In this document: positions 12,315 through 25,671 of the stretch, piece after piece
Layout of the letters: the number at the start of each line of letters is the position of its first letter
Numbering within the stretch: the first letter of the stretch is position 1
Assembly: GCA_964019425.1 (NCBI GenBank)
Contig: OZ025793.1
Coordinates: 496,001 to 560,000, forward strand
Length of the DNA: 64,000 nt
Origin: Flectonema sp. DT1601
Taxonomy: Eukaryota
Direction of reading: 5' to 3'
Position numbers and translations under genes: made by a program
Notes under the pieces: generated by a model
Databases searched by the model: none
What the model was told of the DNA's origin: nothing
What the model saw: the letters and a program-made list of their open reading frames with translations, nothing else

Positions 12315-14104
12315 GTGTTTACCTCTGTTCCAAGGTTGTGCTGTTAAATTAGCGCGGCGATGCCATATCGCAGACGCTTTTATGGCCCGCAATTCAATAT
12401 TGTGAAGTACTTTTCCCTCTCTTCTTTATTTTTTTTCTCTCCACCGAAGTTTTATTATTATTCTTCACGTACATTGACATCGATTCACATAAAAAAGTGA
12501 AACGAGAAGAAGGGGAAAAAGAAGAAAAAAAAAAAAAAAAACGAAGTTATTTTAAAAAAAATTTCGTTATTTTTACAATGACCGCGGGTGCCTTGTTATG
12601 TTTTCTCCCAGAAGCACAGCAGGTGCGTGCCAGGTCAGATAGTGGTATACACAAGCCGCCTACGTGCACTTTAGTTCTCACGTAGGCGAAAATAAAGGAT
12701 GCTTCCCACCTGTCTTAAAAAAAACGTGAAAGAAACATTTTTTTTTTTCTCCCCCAAAATTGCATAACGCAAAAAAGATGAAAAACAACAATTGGTTGGA
12801 AAAAAAAAAAAAAAAAAAAAAAGCAAACAAACGTGTACACAATTGTAGCAAAAAACGTAACCTGCCTTACATGGTGGTGCTCCCCCTCCTGAATTTTAAA
12901 CATTCTTTTTTTAAAAAAAAACTAAAGTATGAGTTGTAAACCAAAGTGCGATTGTGAGAGCAACATGTGCCGCTTGCAAGTGACACCTGTCTGTGAGTAG
13001 AAAGAAACAAAAAAAAAGAGATGCAATGATATTTAGCAAACAGTTTCCCTGTCTAACATCTGAAGTGCATCCATGTTCCATCTATAAAAAACTAGACTCC
13101 CTCTTGTTTTAGTAAAGTTAGGGAAGAGTAATTACTACTTCTACAGACGGAGTTATGAAAAAAAAAAAAAATAGAAAAAGAAGAAGAAAAAACAAAAGAA
13201 AACAATTCCTCTCCTGGAGTACTTGTCAAGTGCTCATTGTAAAATGATTTCGCCTTCAGATAAGAACAAAAAAGAACTATGAGAGCCAGTCATTAGTATT
13301 GTCTTGTTTATGTCCTTACTGGAAAATGTTTTTCAATGTAGTTTCGGTGCTTTCCTAACAAAAAGAAAAAAAAAAATAGTAATGGAAGAAAGCAAAGTGT
13401 TGGCGGTGTTTCATTCCCTCTCACTAAGTTTTACGATATCCGAATGCTTTACGGCGAAGAGATGTGCTCTTGCACGTTACTTTCGCTGTGCAACCGGCTC
13501 TATGATTATATTACCCCCCTTGTCTCATTCAGTACCATTCCTAAGCCTGATGGCTCTCGCTTTTGTTTCACACAAAGAGTTCCTGTACTTTTTTTATTGT
13601 CTTCGTTGAAGGATCGTTTGAAAACCTTTGGAAAGGACGGGATTATAAATAACCAAAAAAAAAAAAAAAAAAAAAACAAACAAAACGCAAATTTTTCCCA
13701 AACAAAAAGAAAAAAAGTAGGAAAAAATAAAATTGAAAGGCCAAGGAAAATTCCGCATGCGAATAAACAACAAAAAAAAAAAAAAAAAAGAGACCCCCTC
13801 CCTTTCGGTCTTTCTCATAAACGTTATCAAAATATAAGGAATAACGATGGCATTGGTCCCCCTCCCCATATGAACAAAAAAAAAAAAAAAAAAAGGAAGA
13901 AAATGATTTTCTAACAATTCTAGCATAACTGCAATGCTGGAATCTTTTTGTGAGTGATAAGTTCTCTTGTGAGAGTTAGTTAGTTTGTTATTCATTCCTC
14001 ACAAAGCCACACAATATGGATTACTGAAGTATCTTTGAGTGAGATTCCTCACTGACATAAATTCTAAATAGACATACTCATTTTCATTCTCAGGCCGCAC
14101 ACAG

Positions 14105-16014
14105 ATGGCTGGAGTCGAGGAAACGTTGCCTGCAACGCTGATGGAACCGACAGGCACGCAGTCGACATGTAAATTGGTATCTCTCGATCCCGATGTTGAA
14201 GACGTTATGTTTGATGCTGGTGATGAATTCAGTATGGGAAGGAATAGCAGCTGTTCAATTACTTTGAAGAATCCTTACGTGTCTCAAAACCATTTCAAAC
14301 TATACAGTTCAGCAGCTGGAGATATCTACGTACATGACTTGTCGTGTAATGGAACGTGGGTTGGACAGATGTCAAATTTAAGAAAAATCGGACAAGGAAA
14401 CAGAAAAAAAATTTCCGACGGCGATTTTTTAACCTGCCTCGACCAAAGCAACGTCGCCAACAAAGGTAAATTATTATTTCGTCTGGAACAACCAAAAGTG
14501 GCCCAGGAAAGAAGTTTTCAATGGGGAGCGGTTTCCCAGGAATATATTATAAGCGATCAATTGGGAAAAGGAAGTTTTGCATCAGTACACACAGCAACTC
14601 ACATAAAATCTGGTGAACAATTCGCTGCTAAAATTATGGATAAAAAAAAACTAACTCTCGTCAAAGATTTCTGTGTCTCTAAACTACTAGAGGAAGTCAA
14701 TCTTTTGAAGAGAGTTTCTCACAAGAATGTTGCGAAAATAAAAGATGTTTTTAACGATGATGATTTCCTTTGTATTATTCTTGAACTCATCCGCGGAGGA
14801 GACATGGTATGTATTACGCACCCTCCATTACTACTACTAATACTTTCCAACAATCATAATAAATAACCCACAGCTTGACTACGTTGTCAACTCCAGAACC
14901 TTCACAGAAGCTGAAGCAAAGATGATGTTTGTTCAGCTTGTTGAGGTTTGTTTACTTTTCTTAAATAAATTACATCCACTGTAATGAGACACAAAAACTT
15001 TTCACAAAACAGGCGCTTCTCTACCTCCATTCTGAAGACGTAGTTCACAGAGACTTAAAACCGGAAAATATATTGATAGGAACAAAACCTGGATTCGTTG
15101 TACCAGCAGCAGTTCCTGGACAATGTGGATTCGGAAAGAAAGAAATTCCGGTTGATAAATTAGTATTGATATTATCAGACTTTGGACTTGCAAAATACAT
15201 CGGAGGCACCAACACCATGATGACAATGTGTGGTACTCCTGTTTATATCGCTCCGGAAGTACAAAGGGGAGGGGGATACACAAAAGATGTTGATACCTGG
15301 AGTATAGGTGTGTACTGTTTTCTTATTTCAAAATCACAACATCAATTCCCCAACTAATAAAACCAACAGGAATAATATTATACGTTCTTCTAACTGGACA
15401 CCAACCTAAGAATGCTGACGCTGGTAAGACAAAATTCCCCGACAAGTACTGGGCGAGAGTCACTACCGAAGCAAAGGACTTGACAGATAAACTGTTGCAA
15501 GTAAAACCTGTTTTTCGTATTAATTTAGCGGGTGTGGTAAACCATCCTTGGTTGATTAATGAAACTATCCAAGGTCGCGAACGTGCCGAAGAAATCTGCA
15601 AAACCAAGCGAAAGGGAGACGAAGTTAACAATGTGTTGAAAAGATCAAAAGATGCGGAAGTAATGTCTACAAGTCCGTCACCACCACCACCACCACCACC
15701 ACCACCATCACCAATCTGGTACTGGAAGGCTGCTATTGATGGAAGTGATTCCGATGCTGAATCTTGGAAGGCTTACACTAATGACGAGTCAAAACAAATT
15801 GAGGTATGTAATCTTACAAATTATATTATTGTAGTTCTTTAATTGATTTTATCTCTTCGATCACAACCAACAGAACGGCTACCAACGACACCTTGATAAG
15901 CTTCAGAACACTGTGAGAGTTAACGGAAGTTACAAAATTGATTTAAATAAAATGTTTCAGTGGAATCTGAAAGAACCAAATAAGCAACGAGACGTTAAAC
16001 GAGTTATCCCTTAA
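14105..16014 (+). CDS. FHA-domain Ser/Thr kinase (CHK2/Rad53/Dun1-like) with C-terminal WWE domain. Exons 14105-14806, 14874-14945, 15013-15307, 15370-15803, 15874-16014
   Basis: FHA motifs GR..S...L....VS..HF and DLS.NGTWV. Kinase GKGSFA, HRDLKPENIL, DFG, CGTP.YIAPE. Four GT-AG introns restore the frame. WWE-like WYWK...WKAY...ES.QIE.GY...YKIDLNKMFQWN....KQRDVKR. Confidence 0.9.
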
Positions 16015-16517
16015 GGAAATGCTTAACCAACTCTGCTATTATGCAGAATAGCACCTGAATACTCTTCGTTTATTTAGCCTGCGAGAAGAGATGTGTGCTG
16101 ATTGCTTAGTATCCTTTTAAAGAGAGACTCTCCTCTCCTCAGTAAACACCTCCATCAATTCTCGTTATTCGTTAATATTTGTGCCACGGAAGATTAAAAA
16201 TAAATAAATAAATAAATTCATTCTTCGTGACATTTTGGTCCCTCTATACCTTTTTAGGAAAATACCACAATTCCGATCTTTTTATCTCCGTGTTTGGCCT
16301 GTAGGCCGATGGATGCGATCGCAAGAAAAAACAAGCGTCAGAAAGAAGACCCGAGAGGAAGAGAAGAAAAAAAAAAAAAAAAAAAAAAAATACAACACCG
16401 AAATCAAGAACGCATATCCCTTCTTAGCTCATTTTTTCATTCGTAGAGAGAGAGAGAGACAAGTGAGTTAGTTTTAATTAGCAAAACTGTTCAACAGATA
16501 TCGAAAACAAGAAAAAA

Positions 16518-17520
16518 ATGAAAACCGCTGCAGCAGTTCTCGCAGTTATCGCCTCCGCTCAGGCTGGCGTCCCAGTTGTTTCTGGTGTGCCACTAGCAGC
16601 AGATGTCGGTAAGTTTCCAACTGTTACATCTCACGGTATGGGAGACAGTTGTTTTAATGCAGGAATGAAGAGTATTACTCAAGCAATTGGTAACGCTACT
16701 GCTAGTTACGCTACTTGTGTCGCAACTGGTAAGGATCACCTAATTGATACCATTAATGGTTTCTTTATGACTATGGATGAGAATGTTGATGTCTTTGCTG
16801 CAAACATTAAGAAAGATCCAAAACTCGCAAACGGTTTCAACGCTGTTGGATTCTCTCAAGGTAACAGCATTATCCGTGGATACATCCACAAGTACAACAA
16901 CCCTCCAGTAAAGACTTTCTTATCTGTTCACGGAACTGTTATGGGTGTCGCTGGATTCCCAAACTGTAACCCAGATGGTCTTCTTGCTCCTGTTTGTAGA
17001 CGTCTTGATAATGAACTTGGTATGTTGTTATAATTTATTTAAGTTAATTGGGTTCTGATTGAGTTCTTTAATAAAAAACGTAAACCAAACAGGTGCCGAC
17101 GCCTACACCAACTGCACCCAGAGAACTCTCTTTCAGGCCAACTACTACAGAGATCCGTTGAGAGTAACCACTCCTGAGTACAAGGAATTCTCTGCCTTGG
17201 CACAGTGGAACGGAGAAGGAAACTACTTCCAGCCAGCTTGGAAAGAGAACTTCGTTAAGGTTGACAGATTTGCGATGATTAAAGCCATGAAGGATACCAT
17301 GGTATTCCCGAATGATGGTGAATGGTGGGGTCAGTTCCGTCCTGGTTCTTACAAATACAAGGAACAGATGAACGAAACCGACTACTACAAGAGAGACTTA
17401 TTTGGACTTAAGACCGTTGACGAGGCAGGAAAGATCGTTTACAACCACACTGACGGTAACCACTTGGTCTTTACCGTAGAACAGCTTCAGTGGTGGGTTC
17501 TTAACTACTTTTTGGAATAG
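16518..17520 (+). CDS. PPT1: Palmitoyl-protein thioesterase 1-like. Exons 16518-17019 and 17093-17520
   Basis: Signal peptide, HGMGDSC, GFNAVGFSQG, QANYYRDP, DTMVFP..GEW, D.FGLKT.D..GK and catalytic His in GNHL. 73-nt GT-AG intron joins the two ORFs. Confidence 0.92.
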
Positions 17521-17895
17521 AATTGTGTTACAGAAATAAAACAATAAAAAAATGACATTTTCTCCTTAAGAGAAAGCGTGGCATTTACTCGTTAACCGTG
17601 ATATTCACTCCCCCTTCCACACGTCTTCGTACTTACGTTCCATTCTCTTCCTTTCAAAAAAAAAAAAAAAAAAAAGTGAGGAAATAGAAAACGAAAAGAA
17701 CGTAAAATAAATTAAAGTCGTCCCACCGGGACAAGGCAACCCCCACAAATGGTTTGCTGCGTTTCTTTCTTTTGTTCTGAAAAAAAAAGTATTTTTTGAT
17801 AGCCTTTCATATATACTCCTTCAACCCTATTCAGACACGGGATGGATCAACCATATGCTACCAACACAAGTAACTAAAGCCTTCTATTCTAAACG

Positions 17896-18960
17896 ATGAT
17901 TTTTGATGACTGGTGGGACTATGCCTTAGTGATAGGATGTAGTTGTTTGATAGTACTAATTAGTATATTGCTTTGCTTAAGGTGTAGGAAACCTTCTTCA
18001 GACAAGAATGAAACTCCTAATTGGGGTACAACTCCCCTGACAGAAGATACGCCAGGGGACGTACCACTTGCGGGTTTACCACCCTCAGAATATTCATCGC
18101 CTGATCAATTCTCAAAGAGAGATATTTACCATTCGGGGGGATCGCCTCAAAAGAAATTAATAATAAAAAAATTACCTGGTGAGTTTATAGGTTTCGTACT
18201 ACGAAGACCTTCTCCATTGGAGATCATTCGGGCTGAGGGTGCTGTGGCCAATATTCGACGCCACCTTCATAATTCAATTCTTACAAAGGTCGACTCCAAA
18301 AGACTTACACTTAAAGAAATCAGAACTTATATGAAAGCGAATACAGCTTTTACGATTACAATAAAGACGTCTTCAATGGAGCATAAAACTTTTCCGATTT
18401 CACGTCCATCGCTTGATTCACCTTTAGGATTGGTATTACATGAAGCATTAGTGATTGAGAGAATAGTGAAAAATAGCCCGGCAGACGTTGCGGGTCTCTC
18501 TGCGTATGTCGGGTGGGATATAACTCGTTTGAACGGCACTGAATTAACTTCTATTGAACACTACGACGAGTTGATAAATAATATAAATAGCAGTAAAATA
18601 TTCTCAGTTGGATTAACGAAAAGACCTCATGAGGATTTATATTCCTTAGCGTCATCGTCGGCTTCTTCATCTTCTTCATCTGACGAAGACATTTTAGGAA
18701 GAACTTTATCAACGCTTCCCGACTTTATTTGTGAACCAGAAACGTATCCCGATAACATAACATTGTTAGTTGTCATCAGGTCTTTAGGTTTTTTACACCT
18801 TGTTAATCAAATAAAAAGAAGTCGTTTAACCATTGGTAGTGCAACAGAAAACAATCTCAGCCTAGTCGGAGCTACTAAAGTTGAAATTGAAGCAATTTTT
18901 GCAGCAATTGGTAAGGGTGCTCATGTGCTTGGTATTAAGCGTGACTTGGCTCAGCCGTAA
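17896..18960 (+). CDS. Single-pass membrane protein with two PDZ-like segments and a possible C-terminal SAM-like domain
   Basis: N-terminal TM with Cys cluster. 'PGEFIGFVL' and 'SLDSPLGLVL...LVIERIVKNSPADVAGL...GWDITRLNG' are PDZ-like. Confidence 0.7.
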   Translation: MIFDDWWDYALVIGCSCLIVLISILLCLRCRKPSSDKNETPNWGTTPLTEDTPGDVPLAGLPPSEYSSPDQFSKRDIYHSGGSPQKKLIIKKLPGEFIGFVLRRPSPLEIIRAEGAVANIRRHLHNSILTKVDSKRLTLKEIRTYMKANTAFTITIKTSSMEHKTFPISRPSLDSPLGLVLHEALVIERIVKNSPADVAGLSAYVGWDITRLNGTELTSIEHYDELINNINSSKIFSVGLTKRPHEDLYSLASSSASSSSSSDEDILGRTLSTLPDFICEPETYPDNITLLVVIRSLGFLHLVNQIKRSRLTIGSATENNLSLVGATKVEIEAIFAAIGKGAHVLGIKRDLAQP

Positions 18961-19144
18961 TTTGGCTGTACAGTCTTTTGTAGTTTTTTTAGAATTCATT
19001 TTTTTCCTGTTTTTATTTGTTTATTTGTTTTTAAACGGTTTCGTATCTGTTTTTTTTTTTTTTTGAATTTCTTTTTGATATTGATTTTATTATACATTAA
19101 TGAAAAGACATATTATTCCAATTTAGGTCACACACGGCTACTGC

Positions 19145-20263
19145 ATGGCGTTTACAAATTCAGGTACCTCGTGGAAGTCATTGCACGCTCTGAATCAGGA
19201 GAGAGAAGCGATTGAGAATATCATAGAAAGGGAAGCGCTTTGGAGAGAATGCGACAACGGATGTCTTCGAATTGGGAATAGAGAACTAACCCAGAGAATG
19301 GAATTGGTGATGATGCTATGGAAGGGAAGTATTGTTGCATCAAAGAAACCGGGTTGCCTTGTTATTTATGATAAACCTCAATCGTCAATATGTGAATTAA
19401 GTTCTTGTGAAGATAACACTGAGTCTCATTCAGCTGATATGTGCCCGACCCCCCCTGAGAATAATCCGATACTAAGTGCACTGTCGTCACCAATACAACC
19501 AAATCATCATAATCACCATATTCCACAAATATCAATAGATAATTGTTTTGGTGGTGATTGGAAACTTGATTTTGGTGGTATTCATGTGGAGCAGGTTACC
19601 TCCCAACCTGGTTCTCCGGAACCTGAAGTTGTAAATCAATTTTTAGATCCTTCACTCTTTATTGGAAAAGGATTAACAAGTCAGCTAACAACACCAAGAA
19701 CTCCAAGGGATTCTGAAGTCTCTGAGAGAGAAATGACGGCATTTGTGTTTTGGCATTGGGACGGCGACTGCGACGGCATTCTCAGTGAGGATGAAACTCG
19801 TCGCTTTGTAGAATCAAATGAGTGGAATCAATCTTGGGATTCAATTTGTTTTGATGTTGGTATCGATGTAAACGAAGGACTTAAACCAAAAGATTTCATT
19901 CATCTGTTGTACTTACGTTCCAATGATTCTAATTTAGGTATTGTTCATCTTTATGGAATCGCTAAGCGACTTTCAAGAGAACAAAATTTCGACAACGTCT
20001 ACAATGAACACAGATTAATAACTATATTTAATAAATGGGACAGCACGGCACCTCATGGGTTTTGGTCTCACGATGATGCTGTTGCCTGTCAAAGAACAAC
20101 TCAACCAAACGAACCAGTCCCGTCTTCAGAAGAATGGAGCAGCCTCTGTAGTAGTCTTGGAGCCAGTCCTTTGGGTCTGAGCTCTTCTGATTTAGCGTTA
20201 CTGTACTCAATGGGAAATGATAATCAACTACATCTTGATTTCGAAGCGAGTAGAAGAGTCTAA
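19145..20263 (+). CDS. Hypothetical protein with EF-hand-like motifs
   Basis: 372-aa ORF after AG at about 19127. 'FWHWDGDCDGILSEDE' and 'FNKWDS..PHGFWSHDD' resemble EF-hand loops in a duplicated module. Confidence 0.7.
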   Translation: MAFTNSGTSWKSLHALNQEREAIENIIEREALWRECDNGCLRIGNRELTQRMELVMMLWKGSIVASKKPGCLVIYDKPQSSICELSSCEDNTESHSADMCPTPPENNPILSALSSPIQPNHHNHHIPQISIDNCFGGDWKLDFGGIHVEQVTSQPGSPEPEVVNQFLDPSLFIGKGLTSQLTTPRTPRDSEVSEREMTAFVFWHWDGDCDGILSEDETRRFVESNEWNQSWDSICFDVGIDVNEGLKPKDFIHLLYLRSNDSNLGIVHLYGIAKRLSREQNFDNVYNEHRLITIFNKWDSTAPHGFWSHDDAVACQRTTQPNEPVPSSEEWSSLCSSLGASPLGLSSSDLALLYSMGNDNQLHLDFEASRRV

Positions 20264-21775
20264 ATAGACTTCATCATTCAACACGATTTCATTCATAAAC
20301 TGCTGCCGTTGCTAATGTTCTCCGTTTGTCGGACGAAAACAGCTGGCAGCTGGAGCATAGATGTTGTTTATTGTCTCACACGGACAATCTGTTTTTTCAA
20401 AATGTAAAAAAATTCACCCGTTTTTTTTTGCATATTATTGCACAGTAACCTTTTCTGTACCTGGCTGTAGTATTATTTGTGTTTAATTTTAATCCCTGTC
20501 TTGTACCCGTGTCAGCTTTCCTTTAGCAGTTTGACTTCCTCGTTTGATAATTTGCAAAAGAGGGAACCACTTCAAGCAACGGTAATGCCTGAAGAAACTT
20601 ATTAGTATGATGTAGTCCTGGCTTGGCTTCGCTTTGGCTTATGAACCAAAATGTAAACACCAACAGGTGTTTAGGTAGTGAAGAGCACAGCGTTTTCTGT
20701 ATTATGCTAGCGAACGAAAACTTTTTTTTCTTTAAGCCTTTCTGTCTTTGCTGACGACCATGGTCAACGGAGACCTTTTTTTATATCTACTACACTGAAA
20801 TAATTAGGATTTGTTATGTTTTTTGTTACGAATGGAATTATTTGCACTGATGAAAATAAATATGTGAATCGAACTGCTCACTTGTTTATTTAGGCTTTCC
20901 TTTTGTTCCTTTCCTCTATTTTGTTTTTCGTGTAACTCAGCATACTATCACTCCCTTTACGTTGTGTGATGATTATTCGGACTAATTCTCTCTCTCTGTT
21001 TTTTTTTCAATATTAAAAAGTTTAAGTTTCGCTAAATATTACATGGTCACTTCCTGTAAGTTCTGATTTTTTTTTTTTTTTTTTAAATTTCTTTTTTGTC
21101 CCCTTTTTTTCTCCCGAGAGCTGCTGGTTTCAGCTGACAGCTGACAGCTGAGAGCGCCATTTCTTTTTTCTTTTGCAACGTTTAATGACTATTACACGAG
21201 CCACTAAAACCCCCATATTCGACAGCATGTATGGAGTTGGTATGTTTATATAGAAACGTTATATTTGTATGCTTTACTTCCCTTCAATCTCTCGGAAATA
21301 AGCATAAAACACTTCTAGTTTTTTTTTTTTTTTTTTTTTTTTTCCCCCCGCTTTGTGCAAGTAGCTATCTCATCTGTAAACTGTTTCTTCACGCCATTTT
21401 AATGGCTTGTAATCGCTGCTGTTTTCTTTTTTTTTTGTAGCAGTGTTTTCTCAACCATCAGGTCGCGGATGTGATTTTTTTTAATGCTATATAAAAAGTG
21501 GGATCTTTTTTTTTTTTTTTCCCCCCAGTTTTCGGCGTTTTGTTCCCCCCTTCCGTCTTCCAATTAGTATTAAATAACCGGCTGTTAATACATCCGTCAT
21601 TGTGATTGTCGTTGTAGTATGTTTCAACACGTTACCTTGAAGCTAGTCCTTGTTCTGTGAGCTGTCTTGAGGTCTCTTGGAGATAGAGACAAAAATTGTG
21701 TTTTATATTTGAATAGGCAGAGAAAAAGAAATGCATTTTTCTTATTTACATTATTGTCTCATGTTGGGGGTTTAT

Positions 21776-21814
<39 letters not shown>

Positions 21815-22177
21815 GTTTCTTTCTTGATTATATAAAAATAGACTAGACTAGTTTACTTTATTATGTCTATCAAAAGAGTTACTTTTTTGTTTGCACTGTC
21901 GAACTTTCACTGTATTAGCATCATTTTGTTAATGCATTTCTTTTTTTTTTTCCACGGACAACAAAAAACCCTCTGCGGTATCGAGGCATAGTAAAACATT
22001 TTAAAAAAAAAAAAGAAAAAAAATTTAATTCATTATTTGGTAGAATGTACATAACATTAGCTTGCCTTTTCCTTACCTGTGGAATCATGCCATTTGATAT
22101 GAATTGAGAAGGCGGTTAAGTATATATCTGGCCCTAATAGATATTTCCTCGCTCCTTTTTTTTCCTCTTTTTCACCC

Positions 22178-22296
22178 TTGCTATTGCTATTGCTATTGCT
22201 ATTGCTATTGCTATTGCTATTGCTATTGCTATTGCTATTGCTATTGCTATTGCTATTGCTATTGCTATTGCTATTGCTATTGCTATTGCTATTGCT
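22178..22296. repeat. (TTGCTA)n hexanucleotide microsatellite, about 20 units
   Basis: Perfect tandem repeat visible directly. Confidence 0.98.
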
Positions 22297-23944
22297 TTTT
22301 TTTTTTTTTTTTTTTTTCTTTTGAAAAAAAAAAAAAAAAAGGGTGAAGTATAATTTCTTTTTAGGTAGCGTGACATGTCATAGCAATTCATTCATCCCCT
22401 CCCACTCCCAAATCATTTCTCTTTTTTTTTCTTTAATTGAGCTATAAAACTACAATCTTCGCGATTGGGTCCTTACTGATGCAGGCTACCCAGACCCCTC
22501 GTAGTCATCAGTTATGGCCCAAAAAAATACATCAAAAAAAAAAAAAAAAACCAACAAAGTGACGCCTCAGAATCAATCTTTTGTGCTATTGCTTGATATT
22601 TAGGTTCGTGGTATCTTCGGTGGGTGTCCCGTGTATATTCGTTACTTTGGCACACACTACGAAAGGGCAATTGAAGTGTAGCCTGTTGTCAGCCATTCTA
22701 GTGTGCATTTTTGAGCCACTTTCCCAAAAAAAAAAACAAAATAAAAGAAAACAATAAAATTATCGCTGGTATTCAAACGAAGTAAAATAAATAAAAAAAA
22801 CTCCAACACAAACTGCAACAGCCAACCCAAACGCAGCCAAGGCTGCGTAGCACTTCCAAAAGTTATTAAAAAACCTTCTCACGCTCATTCTCATTTCCCC
22901 GTCCCCGTGGCTTGTTCTTGAAAAAACCTGTTATGATTTATGTCTGCCTTAACAGCGTAAAAATAATTATGTAATAAGCCTTTAATAAGCAATTGATTCA
23001 CGTGGCAAAGGTGAAACATTTCCTGCCGAGTGAATCAGAGTTAAATATAAGAAGGAAGGAAAGAAAATACATAAATTCGTCTGACGTTTTTCAGGTTTTA
23101 CCTGTGATAACTCTCAGACGAATTGTTGTTTTTTTAATTTTTTTAAAATTTTTTATTATTTAATCTTTTTTTTTTTTTTTAAAAAATAATCTTAAAGTAA
23201 GCGATTCCTACTATTCGGAAATTAATTTTACCAAAAAAAAAAAGATAGTTTTTGTAACGAGCGTTTTGACTAACGAGAAAAAAAACAAACAAACAAACGA
23301 AAGTAAAACGATGAATTCAGGCATGAGCTTGATTCTTGTTTCCATTTTTTTTATTTCGTTTACAATTCCACGTGAATAGATCACCTGATTTGGATTGCTT
23401 TATCTGAATAACACTCTCGGTGTGCATAAGCAAATCTTTTTAAGGTTATATTTATTTTCATCTTTTTCTTAGTGGTTTTTTTTTTTCTTTTTCTGAAGCT
23501 TTTTTTTTGTCTGCAGCAAAGACATCTCTGCAACTATCTTCACTTTACTTTTTTTGTGCACAACAGCTAATTGTACGAGTTAAGCAGAGAATTCTCATCA
23601 CAAGTCTGATTTTTTTTAACGAAAAAATGTTAAGAATCTCACTTCAGTGATACACCGTACAATACAGCTGCGTAACAATAGTATTGACACTTTTTGTCAT
23701 TGAGTGTCCCGGATGTGTAGTTATACAGCTGAATACATTCCTGGCTTTTTAAAAAAAAAAAAAAAAAAAAAACCCACAATCTCAATCAAGACTGTTAGCT
23801 ACCAAAAAAAAAAAAAAAAAAAATGGATTCCGAGAAAATCTCATAATGTTAGTTGTTGTTTTCTAGTTATTCAGTTATTTTGTTTGTTTTGTTTATTTCT
23901 TTCAATTTAGTACTTCCAAAACTCTCAGAGTCACCCACACTCAC

Positions 23945-25671
23945 ATGGTAAAGCAAGTAGCCAGTTGGCTACTGAAAAGCATCCTCGGGCATGGATCTTT
24001 TGGAGAAGTATTTTACGCAGTAAATAAAGAAACAGACAAGAAGGCAGCCATTAAAGTATGCACAAAGCAAAGCTTGGCTAAGGGACAGGGGAGAACTCTA
24101 CTTCAAAGGGAGATCGCTACAATGAAATCTTTAGATCACAAGAACGTATTAAAATTATATGAAGTATTGGAAACAACAAAGCGATTCTACTTAGTAATGG
24201 AATTGGTTACGGGAGGTGAAATGTTTAATTTGATTCAGGACAATAAGCGTTTTGACGAAGTCACTGCAAGAAAATATTTCGTCCAACTGATAGACGGTCT
24301 GCACTACTGCCACGAGCAAGGAATTGTTCACAGAGACTTGAAACCACAAAACCTGTTATTGACTGATACCGACACTCTTAAAATTGCGGATTTCGGATTT
24401 TCACGTTTTCAAGAATGTGACCAAGACGGTAATGTCACAAAATCACTCCGACTACAAACACAATGTGGAACTCCAAACTATGCCGCACCAGAGATCTTTC
24501 TTGGTCAAGGTTACGACGGCTTCAAAACCGATACTTGGTCATGTGGTGTAATTCTTTATGTGATGCTCTGTGGACATGTTCCATTCAAAGCAGCTGGTGG
24601 TGGAGGTGGTCTCCAGGGAGTAATAATGTCAATCGTACAGGGGAGGTATTCTATACCAACTAGTTTATCTCCAGATGCTCAGACGTTAATTAAAAGTATA
24701 CTGGTGACTGATCCGAATAGTCGAATAACTGTAGCTGGTGTTCTAAGTCAGCCTTGGTTAGGTTTACGTAGACAAGACTTCTCAATCCCTCGTATTGTCG
24801 TAAGTGATGATCAGGTCAGGAATTCGATTGTTGTAGCAGGAGAAGAAGAAGAAGTAACTGTGCTGACAGATGCTTCTGAAATTCGTCCAAAACAGAAACC
24901 AGCACCCGTTTCTTCTATCGCATCTCCTCCGTCTTTCTCAAGCCCCAGCACTACCACTTCTCTTCAAAGTGGCGGTTACAGCTCTCCTCCTAATTTCGAG
25001 TCTGCATTATCAAGCACGCTTGGTCGGTATGTTAATTTTGATTAAAACCTTTTCTCTTATTTGTGTTGTGTAGAGGATTGGATGAAATTTCAGAAAATAA
25101 AAACAGCACCTCACCGATTAGCGCGACTCCTAAAAGTCCGATAAGTGAATCAACGCGGGAAAGGCAGAAGCGCGCTCGGGGGGCGACGTTCACAACACTG
25201 AATCCAGGAACTCCCCTGAACGTTGCATCTCTTGGAAGTTTAGCAAGTCCAACACAGAATAACTACGGTACTGAGAAGGCAATCCAATTAGATCCAGAAG
25301 TTGAAAAGCTGTTGGTAGGATCACTCAGTCACAAGGCGTCTTTCGACCAGCTTGGTAGGCCAAATCACTCTCCAAGATCAACTCTGCCAGAATCACCAAC
25401 AAACATGAGAACCCAACGGGCTGCATTCGCAGATGTTGTTGGCGATGCAGCGAAACTACCACTCACTCGAACCTCTCATATATTCAAACGAAAGCATTGG
25501 CACACCCCTCATTGGTGTTTTTACTGCGGAAAATTCATCTATGGCGTCGGTAAACAAGGATTCTCTTGTATAAACTGTGACTGTCCGGTCCACATTAAAT
25601 GTGTTGATCTGGCGTCTCAGAATAGTTGTTGTGAGCAGTTTAAAGCGCGGATGCAGAAGGGAAATCCCTGA
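23945..25671 (+). CDS. SNF1/AMPK/CIPK-family Ser/Thr kinase with C-terminal C1 (DAG/phorbol-ester type) zinc domain. Exons 23945-25026 and 25074-25671
   Basis: GHGSFG, HRDLKPQN, DFG, CGTPNYAAPE, GYDG.K.DTWSCGVILY. A 47-nt GT-AG intron links to HIF.RKHW.TPHWCFYCGKFIYG..KQGFSC..C...VH.KC. Confidence 0.92.

Noticed and set aside
13304..13995. Poly-Lys/poly-Phe ORFs here and in other spacers
   Set aside because: Produced by A/T homopolymer tracts; no domain content
22104..22391. ORFs with (CY)n and (AI)n
   Set aside because: Translations of the TTGCTA microsatellite
22441..22513. Hammerhead, HDV-like or pistol ribozyme reading of the dispersed repeat (CTGATGA and GCGAA on the minus strand)
   Set aside because: Required GAAA core or nested-pseudoknot order is not present
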